Below are positions 58,092 to 64,000 of a stretch of 64,000 nt of DNA, in pieces. The notes below the pieces were generated by a model, which saw only the letters and a program-made list of their open reading frames with translations, made no database searches and was not told the origin of the DNA. The position numbers and the translations under genes were made by a program. Numbering within the stretch: the stretch's first letter is position 1; each line of letters begins with the position of its first letter. Source of the DNA: Chitinophagaceae bacterium (GTDB taxonomy: Bacteria > Bacteroidota > Bacteroidia > Chitinophagales > Chitinophagaceae); NCBI GenBank assembly GCA_947380905.1, contig CANCSS010000004.1, positions 8,549 to 72,548 of the forward strand, in the 5' to 3' direction.

Positions 58092-60524
58092 TCAATCATC
58101 TGAGTCTACCTTAGGATTTACTTTAATAAATGCAGCTCTTTTTGGAGCGGGCACTATTGCATTTTCTCCTCTTAAACCTTTCCACAATACTTCTGTAAAC
58201 TCTAGGTCATCAATACTGTCTTCCTTTTTGAAATTAAATAACTCACTTTTTCTTTGCATGGCAGTTAATGCAGTATTTTTTTCATTGATATCGTATTGCA
58301 ATGGCTTTGCTAAAAAGCCAGTAGCAATGGGTGTTTTATTAAAGCATCTCCAAAGCGGTGTAGCAGCTGCATCATACTGACTCATAGGAGGCATGCCTAA
58401 AATTAATTCAATGGTTTTTAAAATAGAACTGGTGGAATACATGGTATGATCAATGAAATTGCGTTTTACCAATCCACCTGCTACAAAAGCTGGACTTCGG
58501 TGTGCATCTACATGATCGGGTCCATTTTGGGCATCGTCTTCTAAAACAAATACAACACTCTCATTCCAAATGGAACTTTTACTTAAATATTCAATGAACA
58601 TTCCTACGGCCAAATCATTGTCAGCCACATGCGCGTAGGGAGACGGACTGCCTAGTTTCATTCCTTCGGTATGGTCGTTGATAATTCTTAATGTATTTAA
58701 TTGTGGCACTGCATTGATCGCCAACAAGGAATCAAAATCACGTTTCCATTGTCCCACCCTTGTGGTGTCTCTTACTTTTTGATCCCAACTGGTATAATAA
58801 GTACAAAAATGATTTTTTAAAACAGGAATATTGGCTTTAAAATTATCTGCAAATTCACCATAAGTTCTATAAGATACGCCAGCACGTTTTGCAAAATCCC
58901 AAATGAAACCATTTTTGTTGTTGGCAATGGCACGGGTTCCTTCGGCATCATACCCTCCACCACGTCCTCCATAACTTGTCACCCAATTTTTTTCTAAGTA
59001 ATCATTGGCATAACCACCCATTGACCAATTGTGCCCATCGGCGCTTACTTCTCCATCCACATAAAAATTATCTAACAAAACAAATTCTTTGGCTAGGGCA
59101 TGTAAGTTGGGTGTAATTCTTTCACCAAACAGACACAAGCTGGTATCTCCATTGCCTTCTTTGACGTCTCCTAAAACTTGATCATAGGTTCTGTTTTCTT
59201 TTATAATATAAAATACATGTTTGATGGGAGAAGTTTCGCCCACTTTTTGTGGAATGACCGAACCCTTTTCTGCATTGGACAACAATTCATTTTTCTTAGA
59301 ATATGGCGTATTTTGATAAACGGCTTGAGCATACAAACCCAATTGTTTGCTGCTTGGCACATTGATAATACTTAAAGTACCTTTCATAAGACCTCCTATA
59401 TATTGCACATCTTCCATATTTTTTAGTAGGCCCTTTTGAAAATTAATCTGTGCATTTTTTTTATAAGGATCAGGTCCCATTGGATTGGGAAAAGAAGAAA
59501 AGCCTTTGCCGTTGGCTACATAAATTTTAGTTCCAATCACTTTCACACAAGTAGGATACCAGCCAACAGGAATAAAACCTTTTGATGTAGAAGACCCTTG
59601 TTTGCTAACATCAAAAACAGCCAAACAATTGTTATCGGCATTGGCAATGTATAAAGTTTTTTGATCCTCGCTTAAAGCAATACCATTGGTTGCAGAGCCT
59701 GTTGGAGCATCAGGATACAAAGCGCTGTTAAGGGTTTCAATGACTTTTTTATTTTTTATGTCAATCACTGAAACACTGTTGTCCTCGCCATTGGCAACGT
59801 ACATAATTTTCCCATTTTTAGAAATGCAAAAATCATTGGGATGTGTTCCGGTTTTAATTTGACCAGTAATAGTTTGTTGCGTTGTATTGTAGATAAGTAA
59901 TTTTTCATCTCCCCAAATAGTAATATACAATGCTGATTTATCATTCGATAAAGCACAAGTATATGCTTCGGCTGGCAACGCTGTTTTTTTAATAATATTT
60001 TTATTTGTCAAGTTTATTTCATACAAACAACTGTCGTCTTTGGTAACCACGTATAAAATATTTTTTTGATCATTGATGCAAATTCCAGTAGGAGAAATTT
60101 TAGTAGGCCACTTATTCCCCAATTTAATAGAATCGGCTAAAATTAATTTTTCATTTTTTATTTCATATTTCAAAATCCAATTGTCATTTCCGCCAGCGAC
60201 GTATAAATTTTTCTCATCTTTAGAAAATACAATGCCCAACCAAGATTTACCAATGCTAATATTATCAACAATTTTATTGGAGGCTATATTTATTAATTGA
60301 ATACTTTGCTTGCCTTGTCCATTATTGGTAACCGCCATGTATTTTTTTGAAGAAGAGACGGCCATGTTTAAAGGGAAATCGCCTAATGGCAAACTTTTTC
60401 CGGCAGGACTTAAGGACCATCCATTGGGAAGTTGTATTCTATTTAATTTTTCCAAGGAAGCATTCTGAGCTTGACCAATTTTACTAAAACAAATCAAGGT
60501 TAGTAAGAAAAAATATTTTTTCAT
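58092..60524 (-). CDS. YncE/YVTN beta-propeller + phosphoesterase (alkaline-phosphatase-like) fusion
   Basis: LPNGWSLSPAG, YVANG repeats, IPVGWYP, HVFYIIKENRTYD, SADGH, NDH, EDD and DHVDAHRS motifs. Confidence 0.88.
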   Translation of the reverse strand: MKKYFFLLTLICFSKIGQAQNASLEKLNRIQLPNGWSLSPAGKSLPLGDFPLNMAVSSSKKYMAVTNNGQGKQSIQLINIASNKIVDNISIGKSWLGIVFSKDEKNLYVAGGNDNWILKYEIKNEKLILADSIKLGNKWPTKISPTGICINDQKNILYVVTKDDSCLYEINLTNKNIIKKTALPAEAYTCALSNDKSALYITIWGDEKLLIYNTTQQTITGQIKTGTHPNDFCISKNGKIMYVANGEDNSVSVIDIKNKKVIETLNSALYPDAPTGSATNGIALSEDQKTLYIANADNNCLAVFDVSKQGSSTSKGFIPVGWYPTCVKVIGTKIYVANGKGFSSFPNPMGPDPYKKNAQINFQKGLLKNMEDVQYIGGLMKGTLSIINVPSSKQLGLYAQAVYQNTPYSKKNELLSNAEKGSVIPQKVGETSPIKHVFYIIKENRTYDQVLGDVKEGNGDTSLCLFGERITPNLHALAKEFVLLDNFYVDGEVSADGHNWSMGGYANDYLEKNWVTSYGGRGGGYDAEGTRAIANNKNGFIWDFAKRAGVSYRTYGEFADNFKANIPVLKNHFCTYYTSWDQKVRDTTRVGQWKRDFDSLLAINAVPQLNTLRIINDHTEGMKLGSPSPYAHVADNDLAVGMFIEYLSKSSIWNESVVFVLEDDAQNGPDHVDAHRSPAFVAGGLVKRNFIDHTMYSTSSILKTIELILGMPPMSQYDAAATPLWRCFNKTPIATGFLAKPLQYDINEKNTALTAMQRKSELFNFKKEDSIDDLEFTEVLWKGLRGENAIVPAPKRAAFIKVNPKVDSDD

Positions 60525-60664
60525 AATTTAAAAATTAGAGGGTAGTTATTTGTTAATGAGGAGGAGGAGGTTAGAATTTATTTTTGAAACAACAAGTTAT
60601 TGATTCTTCTTTAATTCAAAAAAATTCCTAGTTCCTTTTATGAATGATAACAAATAGGTAACTT

Positions 60665-61936
60665 TTATTTACTGGCTATACCACCTAAAATTGCGAATTG
60701 AATTTTTTTTGTTGCATCAATTTTTAACCAAATAAAGCCACCTATAAAAACAATAATACCTATGTAAAGCACTGGTAAATAATAACCATAGGTCGAAGCC
60801 AAGTAGCCAAAAAATACGGTACTTAAATAAGCCCCCGTTAAGCCAGCACTGTTCATAGACCCCGAAATGGTCCCACTTTTATCTCCCCCAATATCCATGG
60901 CCACGGCCCAAGCCACGGGTGCAGTTACATCCATAAATGCCATTCCAACTCCTAATGCTATTATGGCAGCTAGGTTGTCTGCTATCAATGCTGCACCAAT
61001 GATACATAGGCCAGCAACAAACAATCCTACCATGGGTACGATTCTTCTTCCCCATTTCTTTCCCCAACGCAAACAAGCTTTATCGCTAAGCCATCCCCCA
61101 GTAAAACAACCCATCGCTGCCAATACATAAGGTATCGAAGAAGCCCAAATGAGCTGGTCTTTGGCGATATGCCTTCCCTTTTCTAAATAAGTATGAAACC
61201 AGCTTTGAAAAAAATAAGCGCCCACTGCATAACAAACATACATCAACAATAAAAACCACAAATTGGTCGATTTAAATCCACTCCAAACAGAGATTTTAAT
61301 AGCCTCTTCTTTTTTTACGGGCAAATCTCGGGTAGCCAATATATGTTCTAATTCTTCTTTTGATATAGACTTGCATGTTGCGGGTTCTTCTTGATGCCAA
61401 AACACCCAGAATAAAGTCCATAGGATGCCTACGGCCCCTAAAATATAAAAAGAAGTTTGCCAATTGTACTTTTGTTGAATGGGGAGTACTAAAAAAGGAG
61501 TGAGCGCAGCCCCCAAACGAGAAGCCCCCCAAATAGTTGCTTGGGCACGGCCTCTTTCCAAAACCGGAAACCATTTAGACAAAACAATAGACGTATTTGG
61601 ATATGCACCTGCTTCGCCCATACCAAATAAAAATCGAACACAGAGCAACATCATAAAACTCGATGAGAAGCCGGTCATGATGGTAAAAAAAGACCACCAA
61701 AGCACCACGCGAATTAAAATCCTTTTACCTCCAAATTTGTCGCCCAACCAACCCGTTGGAATTTCAAATGCAGCATAGGCAATGGTAAACATACCTAATA
61801 TCCAACCCCATTCAATGGTAGAAATATGTAATTCTTCCATAATACTGCTGCTGGCAGAAGAAAGGGCGATGCGATCCAAGAAGGTGATCATGGAAAGTAG
61901 CGATAAAACGGTAAGTACCTGGTATCTTTTTTTCAT
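60665..61936 (-). CDS. MFS transporter, ACS (sugar-acid) type
   Basis: FLDR, YAAFEIP-GWLGDKFG, RFLFGMGEAG and WFP-ERG motifs. Start moved to ATG 61936. Confidence 0.9.
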   Translation of the reverse strand: MKKRYQVLTVLSLLSMITFLDRIALSSASSSIMEELHISTIEWGWILGMFTIAYAAFEIPTGWLGDKFGGKRILIRVVLWWSFFTIMTGFSSSFMMLLCVRFLFGMGEAGAYPNTSIVLSKWFPVLERGRAQATIWGASRLGAALTPFLVLPIQQKYNWQTSFYILGAVGILWTLFWVFWHQEEPATCKSISKEELEHILATRDLPVKKEEAIKISVWSGFKSTNLWFLLLMYVCYAVGAYFFQSWFHTYLEKGRHIAKDQLIWASSIPYVLAAMGCFTGGWLSDKACLRWGKKWGRRIVPMVGLFVAGLCIIGAALIADNLAAIIALGVGMAFMDVTAPVAWAVAMDIGGDKSGTISGSMNSAGLTGAYLSTVFFGYLASTYGYYLPVLYIGIIVFIGGFIWLKIDATKKIQFAILGGIASK

Positions 61937-62064
61937 GCAATTAGAGCGATCTGCACACAATATAGTTCATCCATTATTATTTTTCCTAAACAAGATAAGG
62001 GGGCTAATTTTTGCTTATGATTTATAAATTTTTTAAATTAGTATTTCAAACCTAAAAATTTTTT

Positions 62065-62577
62065 ATGTATTTAAACCCCAACCCCGCTGATTTTATTTTT
62101 ATTAGCAAACATGATCATTGTGAAGTAAGACAGAACAAAGACAATCAACATAAATCTTTATTTGCCAATACAGCATTTAAAGTGGGTGATCAGATTGCTA
62201 CTTTTGATGCTTCTAAAATCGTAGATACACCCAATTATTTAACTGTACAGATTAGCGAGACCAAACACATTCATTTATTTCCAGCATATTTACAATACAT
62301 CAATCATTCTTGTGAGCCCAATGTTTTATTTAATACCACTACCATGCAATTAGAATGTGTGAGTGATATTAAAGTGGGCGATGAACTTTGCTTTTTTTAT
62401 CCAGCCACCGAATGGCGAATGGCACAACAATTTGTTTGTAATTGCGGCAGGCCTAGTTGTGTGGGCTTAATACAAGGGGCAGCCGATACAGACTCAGCAA
62501 TTTTGAAAAAATACAAGCTTACCGATTTTATTAAATCCATGGCAGCTCAATACAAATCTTTACTGTTACTATTTTAA
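62065..62577 (+). CDS. SET-domain protein-lysine methyltransferase with post-SET motif
   Basis: YINHSCEPN, GDELCFFY and post-SET CNCGRPSC motifs. Confidence 0.88.
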   Translation: MYLNPNPADFIFISKHDHCEVRQNKDNQHKSLFANTAFKVGDQIATFDASKIVDTPNYLTVQISETKHIHLFPAYLQYINHSCEPNVLFNTTTMQLECVSDIKVGDELCFFYPATEWRMAQQFVCNCGRPSCVGLIQGAADTDSAILKKYKLTDFIKSMAAQYKSLLLLF

Positions 62578-62579
62578 AT

Positions 62580-62618
62580 AAAAAACCTCCAAAATGAATT
62601 GCATCTTGGAGGTTTTTA
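62580..62618. terminator. Bidirectional rho-independent terminator
   Basis: AAAAACCTCCAA...TTGGAGGTTTTT between convergent genes. Confidence 0.8.
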
Positions 62619-62646
62619 TTAAAGAATTTATTTCTAATAATAATTA

Positions 62647-63978
62647 TTAAAAATATTTAGTAACACCAGGTATTGCTACAGGATAGAACCCATCTGCATT
62701 TGGCATTATTGGAGGTTCGGCGTTCCAATCATATACTTTTGGATGAATGTCTATGCCAGAATTAATGGCTTTGTCCCATTCAATCACTTGACCACTATAA
62801 GTAGCCATACGTCCTAAAATAGAAGTCATGGTACTACTTGCTCCATTTTCAGCATCTGCAAATTTGTATTCTCCTTTTGCAATGGCTGCAAACAATTCAT
62901 CATGTTCTGTTTGATAAGGATTGTTTTCTAATTTGGTATCATACTGATAAATGAGTTTGCCACTGTGGTCTTTGATATTGGCTGCACCACAATAAATTTT
63001 TCCTTTGGTGCCCACTAGTAATTCATCCACTTTACTCATGGTGCCAGGAATATGTCTACACTGGCTATTTAAAATAGAACCATCTGCGTATTGAAATTCT
63101 ACAAAATGATGGTCAAAAATTTCTCCATGCTCTTTGCCTTTTCTAACTTGACGACCTCCTAAACCTTGCGCTTTTACTGGGTGTCCTCCTTTGAACCAAT
63201 TGATCACATCTATATTATGAATGTGTTGTTCATTGATATGATCCCCACACAACCAATTAAAATAATACCAATTTCGCATTTGGTATTCCATTTCTGTTTG
63301 ATTGTATTTTCTTGGTCTTACCCATACACCATCGTTGTTCCACCATGCTTGTGCAGAAGTAATGTCGCCTATTAAATCCTTTCTCTTGTACAATTCACGA
63401 TAAGAATTTTGGTAGTGTCTTTGTAAGCCTACTACTACATTTAATTTTTTTTGTTTGGCAATAGCCGCAGTGGCTAAAACACTTTGGATACCTGCAGGGT
63501 CAGTAGCTACTGGTTTTTCCATAAATACATGCTTGCCTTGTTTAATGGCTTCTGCAAAATGGATAGGTCTAAAGCCCGGAGGGGTAGCAAGTATCACTAC
63601 ATCGGCAAGTGCAATGGCTTTTTGATAGCCATCAAATCCAGTAAATCTTCTTTCTTCTGGAACGTCTAATCTTTTGGCTAGTTCTCCTATGCTATTGTTG
63701 ATTTCATCTGTCAATGCTTTGTGGCAATTGTTTAAATTGTCTTTAAAAGCATCTGCCATCGCAACAATTTTTACATTTTGTTTGCTTGATAAAGCTTGTG
63801 TGGCGGCACCCGTACCTCTTCCTCCGCAACCCACTACTGCAATTTTTATTACGTCATCTGATCCTGAAAAGAAATTGGCTCTTGATATCAAGGGTGCAGC
63901 AATCAGGCCGCTGGTCAGCAGGCTGGTCCCCTTCACAAATTCTCTTCTTGAATTTTTTCCGTAGAATGGTTTGTTCAT
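62647..63978 (-). CDS. Gfo/Idh/MocA oxidoreductase, Tat signal
   Basis: SRREFVK, GCGGRG, ATPPGFR, MEKP and EQHIHNID motifs. Confidence 0.92.
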   Translation of the reverse strand: MNKPFYGKNSRREFVKGTSLLTSGLIAAPLISRANFFSGSDDVIKIAVVGCGGRGTGAATQALSSKQNVKIVAMADAFKDNLNNCHKALTDEINNSIGELAKRLDVPEERRFTGFDGYQKAIALADVVILATPPGFRPIHFAEAIKQGKHVFMEKPVATDPAGIQSVLATAAIAKQKKLNVVVGLQRHYQNSYRELYKRKDLIGDITSAQAWWNNDGVWVRPRKYNQTEMEYQMRNWYYFNWLCGDHINEQHIHNIDVINWFKGGHPVKAQGLGGRQVRKGKEHGEIFDHHFVEFQYADGSILNSQCRHIPGTMSKVDELLVGTKGKIYCGAANIKDHSGKLIYQYDTKLENNPYQTEHDELFAAIAKGEYKFADAENGASSTMTSILGRMATYSGQVIEWDKAINSGIDIHPKVYDWNAEPPIMPNADGFYPVAIPGVTKYF

Positions 63979-64000
63979 AATCTTAGTTTTTAATTTATAA

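Noticed and set aside
60558-60570. GAGGAGGAGGAGG short repeat resembling a Shine-Dalgarno or microsatellite
   Set aside because: Only four units, on the strand opposite the nearby gene, with no ORF following.
1-64000. CRISPR arrays, tRNA/rRNA genes, IS elements, prophage or defence systems
   Set aside because: No spaced repeats, RNA-gene patterns, or transposase, integrase or nuclease motifs seen; the window is almost fully occupied by metabolic CDSs.

Overview
Gene-dense, AT-rich Bacteroidota chromosomal segment. Short A-rich leaders without Shine-Dalgarno motifs, TAnnTTTG-type promoter boxes and the gene content suggest a Chitinophagaceae-like organism (inference). I found no rRNA, tRNA, CRISPR array, transposase, integrase or phage gene. 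About 40 CDS encode mostly exported or periplasmic catabolic enzymes. Glycan enzymes: partial sulfatase, DUF4838, GH125, GH95, a GH36-like protein and a CBM9-like protein. Oxidative 3-keto-glycoside pathway candidates: a GMC dehydrogenase, two Tat Gfo/Idh/MocA proteins, four DUF1080 domains, a TIM-barrel isomerase and MFS transporters. Peptide and D-amino-acid enzymes: M1, M14, class IV aminotransferase, two D-aminoacylases and a serine hydrolase. There is also an Oar-type TonB receptor, an ABC exporter and a SET-domain protein. The most notable feature is two paralogous minus-strand operons of unknown function (37040-43664 and 50986-57978). Each has a di-heme PSCyt/PSD1 protein, a Tat-type DUF1501 protein and a membrane His-rich/cytochrome c/LRR protein. 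Each also has a different accessory enzyme: a TIM-barrel isomerase in one, and in the other an NHL propeller that appears to keep the peptidyl-alpha-hydroxyglycine lyase catalytic signature. One PSD1 copy carries a CBM6-like insert. I infer a modular periplasmic 'oxidise-then-cleave' system. All assignments come from motif recognition, with no database searches.
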